Below, one piece after another: positions 14,213-25,836 of a stretch of DNA of 64,000 bases. The stretch comes from Mobula hypostoma. Lineage: Eukaryota. Numbering within the stretch: position 1 is the stretch's first letter; each line of letters begins with the position of its first letter. A program made the position numbers and the translations under genes. Under the pieces are notes generated by a model. The model did no database searches, was not told the origin of the DNA, and worked only from the letters and a program-made list of their open reading frames with translations. The DNA is taken from the NCBI RefSeq assembly GCF_963921235.1, contig NC_086109.1, forward strand, positions 18,168,001-18,232,000. Direction: 5' to 3'.

Positions 14213-14520
14213 GTGGCGTCACAGTAGCACAGCGGTTCGCGTGACGCTATTACAGCTCGAGGCCCTCCAGAGGTTGGAGTTCAATTCCGCTGCTGTCTGT
14301 AAGGAGTTTGCACGTTCTCCTTGTGACTGCGTGTAATCCCTCCGGGTGCTCCAGTTCCCTCCCACAGTCCAAAGACATGCCAGTTAGTAGGTTAATTGTC
14401 TTTGTAAATGGTCCTGTGATTATGTTGGTGATAAATAGGTAGGTTGCTGGGTGATGAGGCTTGTTGGGCCATAGGGGCCTGTCCAAGCTGCATGTCTAAA
14501 TAAATAAAAAATAAAATAAA
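14213..14520 (+). mobile_element. tRNA-derived V-SINE (HE1/MER6-like); related copies at ~8200-8460(-), 28278-28550(+), 46510-46740(-), 49365-49870(+)
   Basis: tRNA-like head with gagttcaattcc B-box, central gtctgtaaggagtttgcacgttctcc...cccacagtccaaagac domain, (TAAA)n tail. Confidence 0.8.
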
Positions 14521-14554
14521 TTTTAACTGAGCTCCACCAAATGGATGAGACATG

Positions 14555-14635
14555 AACTTGGCTGGGTTACAGAATTGAGGTGTAAACCTGGCATGGTTAC
14601 AGAATGGAGGTGTTATCTTGGCTAGGTTACAGAAT
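14555..14635 (+). repeat. 30-bp tandem repeat, ~2.7 copies
   Basis: ggttacagaat at 14565, 14595, 14625. Confidence 0.85.
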
Positions 14636-14998
14636 CTTTTCCAGAGTTCCGAGGCAAGTGGGAAACCACAAGGATACTGTGGCTAGGGAACGATGCACAT
14701 TTCATCTGGCCTGCCACACACCAACGAAACCACAGAGCAGGCAAACTTGGGAGAGCAGAAAAATATTGGGATTAGTCTGCTAGCTTTGATCTCCTGCTGA
14801 TCATAGAAGGGTTCATTTCAAGGCAGGAGTGAAACCAATATGTTGCTACAAAGAGGGTCTTATTAGAAACAGACTTAGCTAATTGACGGCTTGCATTTTT
14901 TCTTTGATCTATCCGGTATTGACTTAAGTTGTGGTAAGTTAAAATATAGAACTTTCTAGCATAATGTGTCTAACATGTCAATTCAATCCCCGTGACAG

Positions 14999-15089
14999 TA
15001 TGAAGCTAAGAAAAGGATTTCGGCCGAGGATGCCCTCCTGCACATTTATTTCAAGAGCTTAGGAGAGAGGGTACATCTTGTCCCAGATA
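14999..15089 (+). CDS. CDK18: CDK18-like exon, YEAKKRISAEDALLHIYFKSLGERVHLVPD
   Basis: Acceptor cccgtgacag, donor gtgagt; kinase subdomain XI (R.SAE.AL.H.YF); SLGERVH typical of CDK16/18. Confidence 0.93.
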
Positions 15090-15699
15090 GTGAGTTCCTT
15101 CTTATTTGTGGGATGTTTTCCTGCTCTGTTTTGTTGAAAAAAATAACTGTTAGTATCACTGGGATCTTAAGAGAAAAGAAAGAAAGATCTCCTTGGTTCA
15201 TACTCTCACCCTGAGTCAGAAACAGATAGAATGAAGAACTGCTGGAACTGTTTGAATGATACCAGGGAGTATACTGTTTTTTTTTTACAGTATTTATCCC
15301 TTAAACTCATCACTGAAAATTTGGTATAATAATTTATTTCAGCATTGTGAGGTTTACTGTATACCACATCTTATTGAAACTATGGAGAAAATAGGATCAG
15401 TAGATGGCCACTCACTATTCTACTATTCAGTAGATGATGACAGACCTTCTACCTCAATGTCATTTCCCAATCTGGAAATGATGGAAAGTAAAGAGAATCC
15501 ATATCCTGGCCCCACAAAAATACAAGAAGTTAAATTGCCCCAACCATCTCACCCTCAAATGGGCTGGTTAGCTACAAATGCAAAGCATTCATTACAGAGA
15601 TACAGCCTTGTAACAAAAGCCAATTCCCATTACCCCCAGTTCCTCTCACTTTCAAATATTAATCTATTTCCACATTAAATATGTCTAATGATTAGATAC

Positions 15700-17512
15700 C
15701 TATTAGATCTAGAAATATAAACATCTCCTTATAAAATACATCCAGCAACTTGGCCTCTACAGCCATAGAGTCCATTGGTTTAATATCTTTGAGTGGAGAA
15801 ATTGCTTCACTTCTCAGTCCTAAATCTCTTGCTCTGTTACTGAAATTTAAATCTTTCATTCTAGATCCCTCCAGCCATTGAAAATATCCACCCTACATAC
15901 ATTCTGCTCATCCCTGTTAGAATTTTGTAAGCTGTAATTAAGCCCACTCTCATTCTTCTGAACTCTCATGAGTTTCGGTAACCCACTTTCTCTTTATACA
16001 GCAGCCACTCCATCTGTATAATCAGTCCGGTAACCTTTGTTGCTTTCCCTCTAAGAAGGCTGGGGGGATGTAACCAGCAAAGCATCCCAGAGATTAGGTC
16101 TTGGCTGCCTTACCTAAATGAGATTAGTTGTATGGGGTGTTACTGGTGTACAGCTTTGGCTACCTTACCTAAACAAGAGGGTGCGGAGAAGCTTCACTAT
16201 AATGACCCCGGGAATGAAAGGGTTAACACATGAGGAGAGTTTGATGGCTCTGGGCTAGTTCTCATTGGAATTTAGAAGAATAATGAGGAATCTCATTGAA
16301 AGCTATCAAATATTAAAAGGCCTAGATAAAGGCCTAATGCCTCTTTTAGTGGGGGAGTCTAGGAACAATGGGCACAGCCTCAGAATAGAAGGACATCCCT
16401 TTAAGACAGAGATAAAAATGTATTCCTTTAGCCAGAGGGTGGTGAATCTGTGGAATTAATTGCCACAGATGACTGTGGAGGCCAATTCATTGGGTGTACT
16501 TAAAGTGGTTTGATAGGTTCTTGAATAGTAATGGCATCAAAGTTTATAGGGAGAAGGCAGGAAAGGGATAATAAATCAATCGTGATGGAATGGTGGAGAT
16601 GCAATGAGCCGAATGGCCTAACTCTGCTCTTGTGTCTTATGGTCTTACAGCAGTTATAGTAGGATTGGAGGCAGTCCATTTTTTTTTATTCACTGGATTA
16701 ATTCCTGGGACGAGAGGGTTCTCAGATGAAGACAGACTGGGCATTTTGAATTTACCCCTTCAAGTTTAGAAGAATGAACTGTGACCTTATTCAAACATGT
16801 AAGATCCGCAGGGTCCTTGACAGGGTAGATGCTGAAATATTTCTAAGGGTGGGACAGTCATGAGCAAGGGAACATGGCTTCAGAATGAAGGGCTGAAGTG
16901 TGCAGAAATTTATTCTCTGAAGGTTGTGAATAGCTGGAATTCTCTAATCCCAAAGATGGTGGAGGCTAGATCATTCGATATATTTAAGGTGGAGACAGAT
17001 AAGTTTTTTTTTTCAGATTCAGGAGCTGCGAATAATGGGAAATTGGCTTTTGTAACATGGCCTATTTCTCTGTAGTGAATGCTTTGTAATTGTATGTAAC
17101 TAACCCCTGGAGTGTAGAAGAATGAGGGGAGATTTGATAGAGGTATATAAAATTATGATTGGTATAGATAGAGTGAATACAAGCAGGCTTTTTCCACTGA
17201 GGCTAGGGGAGAAAAAAACCAGAGGACATGGATTAAAGGTGAAGGGGGGAAAAGTTTAAAGGGAACATTAGGGGGAGCATCTTCACACAGAGAGTGGTGG
17301 GAGTGTGGAATGAGCTGCCAGATGAAGTGGTAACTGCAGGCTCACTTTTAACATTTGAGAAAAACTTGGACAGGTACATGGATGAGAGGTGTATGGAAGG
17401 ATATGGTCCAGGTGCAGTTCGGTGGGACTAGGCAGAAAATGGTTCGGCATAGCCAAGAAGGGCCAAAAGGCCTGTTTCTGTGCTGTAATGTTCTATTGTT
17501 CTATGGTTCTAA
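15700..17512. mobile_element. Cluster of degraded CR1 3' fragments in both orientations
   Basis: LIESYQILKGLD, FSQRVVNLWN, VVNSWNSL remnants; hairpin/tail motifs near 16610-16645 and 17460-17510. Confidence 0.8.
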
Positions 17513-17527
17513 CCCATTTCTGAAGAT

Positions 17528-20162
17528 ATCACAAGATCACAAGACAAAGGAGCAGAAGTAGGCCATTCGGCCCATCGAGTCTGCTCCGCAGCTCCCCCAT
17601 GAACTAAACTATTCACCCATCTAGTTCCAATTTCCGGCTTTTTCCCCATATCCCTTGATACCCTGACTAATTAGATACCTGTCAATCTCCTCCTTAAACA
17701 CCCTCAATGATCGGGCCTCCACAGCCATATGTGGCAACGAATTCCACAAATCCATGACCCTCTGGCTAAAAAAATTTCTCCTCATCTCTGTTTTAACTGG
17801 GTACCCTCTAATTCTAAGACTATGGCCTCTTGTCCTGGACTCACCCACTAAGGGAAACAACCTTTCCACATCTACTCTGTCCAACCCTTTCAACATTCGA
17901 AACGTTTCTATGAGATCCCCTCTCATTCTTCTATACTCTAATGAATACAATCCAAGAGCCGACAGACGCTCCTCATGTTAGCCCCTGCATTCCAGGAATC
18001 ATCCTCATAAATCTTCTCTGAACTCTCTCCGACATCAGTATATCCTTTCTAAGATAGGGGGCCCAAAACTGCACACAGTATTCCAAATGAGGTCTCACTA
18101 ATGCCCCATAGAGCCTCATCAACACCTCCTTACTCTTATACACTATTCCTCTTGAAATGAATGCCAACATAGCATTCGTTTTCCTTACCACCAATCCAAC
18201 TTGGTGGTTAACCTTTAGGGTATCCTGCACGAGGACCCCCAAGTCCCTTTGCACTTCCGATTTCTGAATTTTCTCCCCATCTAAATAATAATCTGCCCGA
18301 TTATTTCTTCTTCTGAAATGTACAACCGTACATTTGTCAACGTTGTATCTCATTTGCCATTTCTTTGCCCACTCTCCTAAACTGACTAAGTCTCTCTGCA
18401 ACCTTTCCGTTTCTTCAGCATTTCCTGCTCCTCCACCTATCTTGGTGTCATCCACAAACTTGGCCACAAAACCATTTAATCCATAATCCAAATCATCGAT
18501 ATATATCGTAAAAAGAAGCGGCCCCAACTCCGACCGCTGCGGAACACCACTAGTAACCGGCAACCAATCAGAATAGAATCCCTTTATTCCCACCCTTTGC
18601 TTTCTGCCTATCAGCCAATGCTCCACCCACTTCAATATCTTTCCTATAATTCCATGGGCTCTCATCTTATTAAGCAGCCTCATATGCGGCACCTTATCAA
18701 AGGCCTTTTGAAAATCCAAATACACAACATCCACAGCCTCTCCCTTGTCAATCTTATTCGAGATTACCTCAAAAAATTCCAGTAAGTTGGTAAGGCAGGA
18801 TCTTCCCTTCATGAAACCATGCTGGCTTTGGCCTATCTTGTCATGCACCTCGAGGTATTTCATAACCTCGTCCTTGAGGATTGACTCCAATATCTTTCCA
18901 ACCACTAATAGGTCTGTAATTTTCTTTTTGCTGCCTCCTTCCTTTCTTAAATAGCGGAACTACATTTGCGACCTTCCAGTCCTCCGGAACCATGCCAGAG
19001 TCTATTGATTCCTGGAAGATCATTTCCAATGCTTCCACAATCTCCAAAGCCACCACCTTCAGAACCCTTGGGTGCACCTCATCCGGACCGGGAGACTTAT
19101 CTATTCTTAGTCCACTTAGCTTCCCAAGCACTTTCTCTCTAGTTATCTTGACTGTACCTAATTCTATTCCCTGATACCTCTGCTATCAGGTATATTGCTC
19201 ATGTCTTCCACTGTGAAGACTGATGCAAAATACTCATTCAGTTCCTCCACCATCTCTTTGTTATCCATTATAATTACTCCAGCATCATTTTCAATCGGTC
19301 CCATATCTACCCTTGTCACTCTTTTACTCTTCAGATATTTAAAAAAACTCTTAGTATCCTTTTTTATGTTAATCACCAACTTCCTTTCGTAATTCATCTT
19401 TTCTTTCCTAATGACTTTCTTAGTTTCTTTCTGTAAGTTTTTAAAGGTCTTCCAGTCCTCATTTTTCCCACTAATTTTTGCTTCCTTGTACGCCGTTTCT
19501 TTTGCTATTATTTTTGGCTTAACCTCTCTCGTTAGCCACATTTGTGCCATTTTTCCATTCATGATTTTCTTTTTTCTTGGAATATATTTTTCCTGCATTT
19601 TCCTTATTTCTTGTAGGAATTTCATCCAATTCTGCTCTGCCATCCCTCCATTTAGTTTACTTTTCCAATTGACTTGGGCCAGTTCCTCTCTCATACCACT
19701 GTAATTTCCCCTGTTCCACTGAAATATCGATACACCTGATACCAGCTTCTCCTTTTCAAATTTGAAACTGAACTCAATCATATTATGATCACTACTTCCA
19801 AGAGGTTCCTTTACCTCCAGCTCCCTAATCGCCTCAGGTTCATTACACAGCACCCAATCCAAAACAGTCAATCCCCTGGTGGGCTTCTGGACAAGTTTCT
19901 CCAAAAAGCCATCCTGTAGGCATTCTACAAACTCCCTCTCCTGAGATCCAATACCTTCCCGACTTTCCCAATCCACTTTCATATTAAAATCCCCCATAAT
20001 TATCTTGACATTGTCCTTCTGACACGCTTTTTCTATTTCCAGCTGCAACTTGTAGTCCACATCCCGACTGTTGTTTGGAGGCCTGTATATAACTGCTATT
20101 AGTGTCTTTTTACCCTTGCCATTTCTTAATTCTACCCATAAGGATTCTACCTCTTCTGATAT
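17528..20162 (-). mobile_element. 5'-truncated CR1 LINE ORF2, antisense in a CDK18 intron (different subfamily)
   Basis: GDFN, SDH, KSPGPD, QHGF, YLDFQKAFDKV, KFVDD across frameshifted ORFs; CR1 3' hairpin and tail near 17530-17590. Confidence 0.95.
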
Positions 20163-20652
20163 GAAGGTGAAATGAATAGAATAACCTAACCCCTTGTATT
20201 TTTATAATGTCAGGAACAGGATTTTCTTTACCTTTTAGCCAGTTCATCTTATGACATGGGCAATCATGGTCTTTACATCAACATGATTGTTCTTGGCAAT
20301 TTTTTCTACATAAGTGGTTTGCTATTGTCACCCTCTGGGCAGTGTCCTTACAAGACGGGTGACCCCAGCCATTTTCAATACTCTTCAGAGATTGTCTGCC
20401 TGGCGTCAGTGGTCGCATAGTGATCACATAGTGCATCAGCTGCTCATACGACCAACCACCACCGGCTTCCACGGCGGTGTGGGGGGGGGGGTTGTTCTAA
20501 GCGGGTGCGACACCCTGACCAACGTTGACCTGCATGCTAGCGGAGGGAAGGAGCATCTTTCAGCCAGCAGATTTTATAAAGTGATTGGGATTTCCAATTT
20601 ATTACGCTCACAGTACGTGCAATTAACTATTTTGATTTTTTTTTTCTTTCAG

Positions 20653-20730
20653 ATATCAGTATTTTTACTTTGAAAGAAATCCAATTGCAAAAGGACCCAG
20701 GTTACCGAGGGGCTTCATATCCGCAGTCTG
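20653..20730 (+). CDS. CDK18: CDK18-like exon, (N)ISIFTLKEIQLQKDPGYRGASYPQS
   Basis: Long poly-T acceptor ...ttttctttcag, donor gtgagt; LKEIQLQKDPG is the PCTAIRE C-terminal motif. Confidence 0.93.
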
Positions 20731-20753
20731 GTGAGTTCTGTGCAAGGACCCAT

Positions 20754-20920
20754 GAGGGAGTTAGATATGGGCCTTGTGGCTAAAGGGATCAGGGGGTATG
20801 GAGGGAAGGCTGGTACAGGGTTCTGAGTTGGATGATCAGCCATGATCATACTGAATGGTGGTGCAGGCTTGAAGGGCCGAATGGCCTACTCCTGCACCTA
20901 TTTTCTATGTTTCTATGTTT
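20754..20920 (+). mobile_element. Short CR1 3' end inserted ~24 nt after a CDK18 splice donor
   Basis: Matches the 3' UTR and (TTCTATGT)n tail of copies A and B. Confidence 0.9.
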
Positions 20921-21444
20921 ACTGTTGAGGCTTGTTTTCTATCAGTTTAGAGAAGGTAGAGAGTGCTTGTCTGAGTAAGGGTGTTTGTCACTGGAGGTGG
21001 ATGTTATAGGCTGAGAGATTGTCTCCAGTTCATGTGGGAATTGGGAATACTGGTTAGTGTGAAATAACTAGTTCCAGTCCACATGGGATAATTAGGATGT
21101 AAGGTAAAATCAATGTGAAATAGTTGGGATTACTGTACTGTTACTGTGGGTCATCTGGGATATCAGTGCGCAAGTAACTGAGATTACAATATTGATTATA
21201 ATGGAATAATTAGGCTCAGAGTGCTGAGTGTGGAGAAACGGGGACTTCATTGCTAATCTGTATGATTTTTTTAAAAAATCGAATTAAATGCTAAACAATG
21301 GATTCAAGTGTGTGGAAGAGGCTACACAGCTGATCAAAAAGCCACCAGATGTTTGCACTCCTTAATAGGACTTTTGGAGGCTATAAAGTAGGTAGACTGC
21401 AGAACGTCACCATGATTTGAGTGACATAATGTTTTGAGGGATTC

Positions 21445-23165
21445 AGTTCCAGATGAGCTCAATGGCTTCTCTGCTCGCTTTGAACATCAAAACATGGAGG
21501 ATCTACCATGAACTCCCACAGCTCATGATGCTGCTGCACTGTCAGTCTCTTGAGACCGACGTGTGAGCGTCCTTCAGGAGGGTGAAACCACGAAAAGCAT
21601 CCAGCCCAGATGGGGTACCTGACCAAGTACTAAAAACCTGTGCTGATCAACTGGCTGGATTGTTCACTGAGATCTTTAACTTCTTGTTTTAGTAGTCTGA
21701 GGTACCCAGCTGCTTCATGCTGGCTCCAATTATACTGCTGCCCAAGAAGAACATGGTAATCTGCCTCAGTGACTATCATCCAGTAGCACTTGCATCCACA
21801 GTGATGAAGTGTTTGAGAGGTTGGTGATGAAACATATTAATTTCTGCGTGAAAAGTGACTTAGATCTGCTCCAATTTGCCTACTGGATCAACAGGTCCAT
21901 CTCACTGGCCCTTCACTCAACCCGGGAATATCTGGACAGCAAAGATGCATACATCAGGATGCTCTTTAATGACTACAGCTCAGCATTCACTACCACATCA
22001 TCCCTTCAAAACTAATCAATGAGCGTAGCTCAGCACAACTCCTAAGTCATTTTTAAAGTTTGCCGACGACACCACTGCCATTAGCCAAATCAACAGTGGT
22101 GACCAGTCAGCAGAAAGGAGGGGGACTGAGAATCTTGCTGAGTGGTGCCAGGACGAAAAGCTCTCACTCAATGTCAGCAAGACCAAGGAGCTGATGATTG
22201 AATTCAGGAGAAGGAAACCAGAGGTCCATGAGCTAGTCCTCATCAGAGAATCGGAGGTGGAGAGGGTCAGCGACTTTAATTCCTCAGTGTTATTGTTTCA
22301 GGGGACCTGTCCTGAGCCCAGCATGCAATGCAACTACAAAGAAAGCATGGCAGAGATTTTGTGAAGATTGCGAAGATGTCATTACATGACACCTAAAACT
22401 TTGACAAGTTCCTATAGGTGTGTAGTGGAGAGCACATTGATGGTTGCATCACGGCCTGGTGTGGAAATACTAATCCTTTGAACAGAAAATCCTACAAAAT
22501 GTAATGGATACAGCCCAGTCGATCACAGGTAAAGCCCTCTCCACCATTGAGCACGTCCACAGGGCGCGTTGTCACAAGAAAGCAGCATCCATCATCAGGG
22601 ACCCCCAGCACCCAGGACGTGCTTTTATCTCACTGCTGCCATTAGGAAGAAGGTACAGGAGCCTCAAGATTCACACCACCGGGCTCAGGAACAGTTATTA
22701 CCCCTCAACCATCAGGCTCTTGAACCAAAGAGCATAACTTCACTGAACTTCATTTGCCCGGTTATTGAAATGATCCTACAACCAAAGGATTCACTTTTAG
22801 GATTCTTCATCTCATGTTATCGATACTTATTGTTTATTTATTTTATTTTTTTACTTGCACGGTTTATGGTTATTAACTGTGGAGGCCAAGTCATTGGGTG
22901 TATTTAAGGCAGAGATTAATAGGTATCTGAGTAGCCAGGGCATCAAAGGTTATGGTGAGAAGGCAGGGGAGTGGGACTAAATGGGAGAATGGATCAGCTC
23001 ATGATAAAATGGCAGAGCAGACTCGATGGGCCGAATAGCCGACTTCTGCTCCTTTGTCTTATGGTCTTATGGTCTTATTATTCTATTATGTATTTGTTGA
23101 GTATGCCTGCAAAAAGAATCTGTGTTGATTATGTACTTTGATAATAGATATATTTGAACTTTAAA
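21445..23165 (+). mobile_element. Degraded Rex1/Babar-type LINE (RT and 3' end), interrupted by a CR1 3' end at ~22876-23076
   Basis: FERLVMKHI, LQFAY, IRMLFNDYSSAF, KFADD, DPQHPG...GRRYRSL...RNSYYPSTIRLLN. Confidence 0.88.
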
Positions 23166-23420
23166 TTTTATAAGGGATTATGGGGCTTGTTAGAGTGATT
23201 AGTGAGATTTAGGTGTTGATAAGAATGCCATAACTAGAATTAAAGCACTGATTACTGGAAAGCGAAGTTCATTCTGATTTTTGTGGAGCATTGGATATAG
23301 CCAAGATTGCTGATAATGTCGCAGTACAACTTCCCCCACTCATCCAAGTTCTGAAGGTAAATTATCAATGAATAATAATGGCAATAATTAAAGACACTGA
23401 CCATAGTATTTGTCTACCAG

Positions 23421-23458
23421 ACAGGGGGAAGAATCGAAGACAGAGTGTACTATTCTAG
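23421..23458 (+). CDS. CDK18: CDK18-like terminal coding exon, (D)RGKNRRQSVLF*
   Basis: Acceptor tttgtctaccag; GKNRRQS tail of CDK17/18; TAG at 23456-23458, followed by unique putative 3' UTR. Confidence 0.92.
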
Positions 23459-25254
23459 ATGTGCCAGCCGCCACGTTATGAAGGAACAACAGCTCTTCGT
23501 CCTCTTGAAAAGTGTCATGGATCAAGGTGAGGCCACAGTCAAACAAGACAATGGCTTCGTGAGATCAACATCAGTAAAATGTGATGAAATGGCATTGAGA
23601 AATGTCATCAGCAAGAGGAGGAGCCCATTCATCACATCAACTTTATGCTGCCGTTGGATTCTCACTGGTCCATGCATATCATGCTTCCATCAAGTCACCT
23701 CAGTTCCTTAACTCGTAATATCTGGTGAAGCCTGGCCTAAATGCCACAAACTGTTCCATTGACTCAAATTTCCAAAATACCAATCTGAACACCTCTTAAT
23801 TGTGAGGCTTGGATACTGTATCCTATCATCTCAGAGCAGCTTTTGTGTTGGAGCTGTCTTCCCAAGACATCAGGAGAGGTCAGCATTCACCAGCCCTCTC
23901 TTCTAGGCCGATGGAAGTTTTTCACCTTCAATTTTCCACCATGATGTTTTCAAACGGTGTTGCGAATAGCGTGGAAGGTTGTTGTAGGTAGGTTGTGATG
24001 AGATATTCACAGGATGCAGAGCTGGGCTGAGAAATGGCAGAAAAATATGAAGTGATTCACTTTAGAAGGTCAAACTTGAAGGCAGAGTACAGAGTTAACG
24101 GCAGGATTCTTAGCAGTGTGGAGAAGCAGAAGGAATCTTGGGGTCTATATCCACAGACACCTCAAAGCTGCCATGCAAGTTAATGGATGGTTAAGAAGGC
24201 ATATGGTATGTGGGCATTCATTAGTTGGGTGATTGAGTTCAAGAGCTGAGATGTAATGTTGTTTTTCTAAAAGAAAAAGTGCGGTATTGTGTTCAGTTCT
24301 GGTTGCTTCACTGTAGGAAGGATGGGAAAGCATTAGATGTTTACCAGGATGCTGCCTGGATAAGAGAGCTTCTCTTTTGAAGATAGCTTGAGAGAGCTAA
24401 GGCTCATCTCTTAGGCAGATAAGTGGAAGCTTGATAGACATCTATAAGATGATGAGAGACGTACATAGAGTGGTCAGCAAGTGACTTTTTCCAGGGCAGA
24501 AATAGCTAATATGGGAGGACATGATTTTAAGGAGGAACGTAAAGGAGGGTGTCCGAAATAGATTTTTTACACAGCGTGGTGGGTGCATTGAGTGCATTGC
24601 TAGGATTGGTGGTAGAGGCAGATACATTAGAGACATTTAAGCGAGTCTTAGCCATCCAATTTTCTTCCATACTTGTGCCTATGTGGGAAGAAAGGGATGG
24701 ATCTTAGTGTGGGTTAACCTGTCATCACAACATCATGAGCCGATTGCACTGTGCTGTACCGTTCTACATACTATGCATGACTGCATCTTCTGTCTTTGGG
24801 TGTGGGGTGGGAGGGGGGAAGACAGGATGACATGGATCACAGTGTGCCTATGGGCAAAGGCTTATAATGAACCCAGGGCCCACAGACTCATGGCAGGCCA
24901 AAGGAAACAAGTGCACCTCAGGCTATGAAGGTTGCCTGTCGTCTCAGACATGAAGCAAGTCCGGAGAGCATGGAACTCATTGTGAGTCAAGGTTTCATAG
25001 GGTTCTAGCTGAACTGGGCTGCAGCACCCGGGAGAAACAATCTTATATTGGACCTAATGGACAGGGCCTGAAATTGTGCCAAGAGTTGCGGGTCCTTCGC
25101 AATTCTGTGCTCAGGGAATAAAGCTGACTGTGAACACAAGTGATTCAGGCCAAAAGTAGGCCCAGGGGTTTCGAGCTAACAGTGGGCTTGGGGATCGTCC
25201 AAGCTGATAGTGGGCTGTAAAGAAAGAGTTGTTTGCCAGAAATGTTATTTGACT

Positions 25255-25836
25255 AACAACACACATCAAAGTTGCTGGTGAACGCAGCAGGCCAGGCAGC
25301 GTCTCTAGGAAGAGGTACAGTTGACGTTTCAGGCCGAGACCCTTCGTCAGGACTAACTGAAGGAAGAGCTAGTAAGAGATTTGAAAGTGGGAGGGGGAGG
25401 GGGAGATCCAGAATGATAGAAGAAGACAGGAGGGGGAGGGATGGAGCCAAGAGCTGGACAGGTGATTGGCAAAAGGGATATGAGAGGATCATGGGACAGG
25501 AGGCCTAGGGAGAAGGAAAAGGGGGAGGGGGGAAAAACCCAGAGGATGGGCAAGGGGTATAGTCAGAGGGACAGAGGGAGAAAAAGGAGAGAGAGAGAAA
25601 GAATATGTGTATATAAATAAATAACGGATGGGGTACGAGGGGGAGGTGGGGCATTAGCGGAAGTTAGAGAAGTCAATGTTCATGCCATCAGGTTGGAGGC
25701 TACCCAGACGGAATATAGGGTGTTGTTCCTCCAACCTGAGTGTAGCTTCATCTTTACAGTAGAGGAGGCTGTGGATAGACATATCAGAATGGGAATGGGA
25801 AGTGGAATTAAAATGTGTGGCCACTGGGAGATCCCA
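25255..25836 (-). mobile_element. Young Penelope-like element 3' end (C-terminus of GIY-YIG endonuclease, 3' UTR/pLTR with hammerhead)
   Basis: DLPVATHFN...LEEQHPIFRLGSLQPDGMNIDFSNFR*; TSD gttat(t/c)tgact at 25244-25254 and 25837-25847. Confidence 0.88.
25318..25355 (-). ncRNA. Minimal type-I hammerhead ribozyme motif
   Basis: Minus strand TAGTC-CTGACGA-AGGGTCTCGGCCT-GAAAC-GTC-AACTG. Confidence 0.7.

Noticed and set aside
14213..14290. tRNA-like sequence
   Set aside because: It is the degenerate head of a SINE with no complete cloverleaf.
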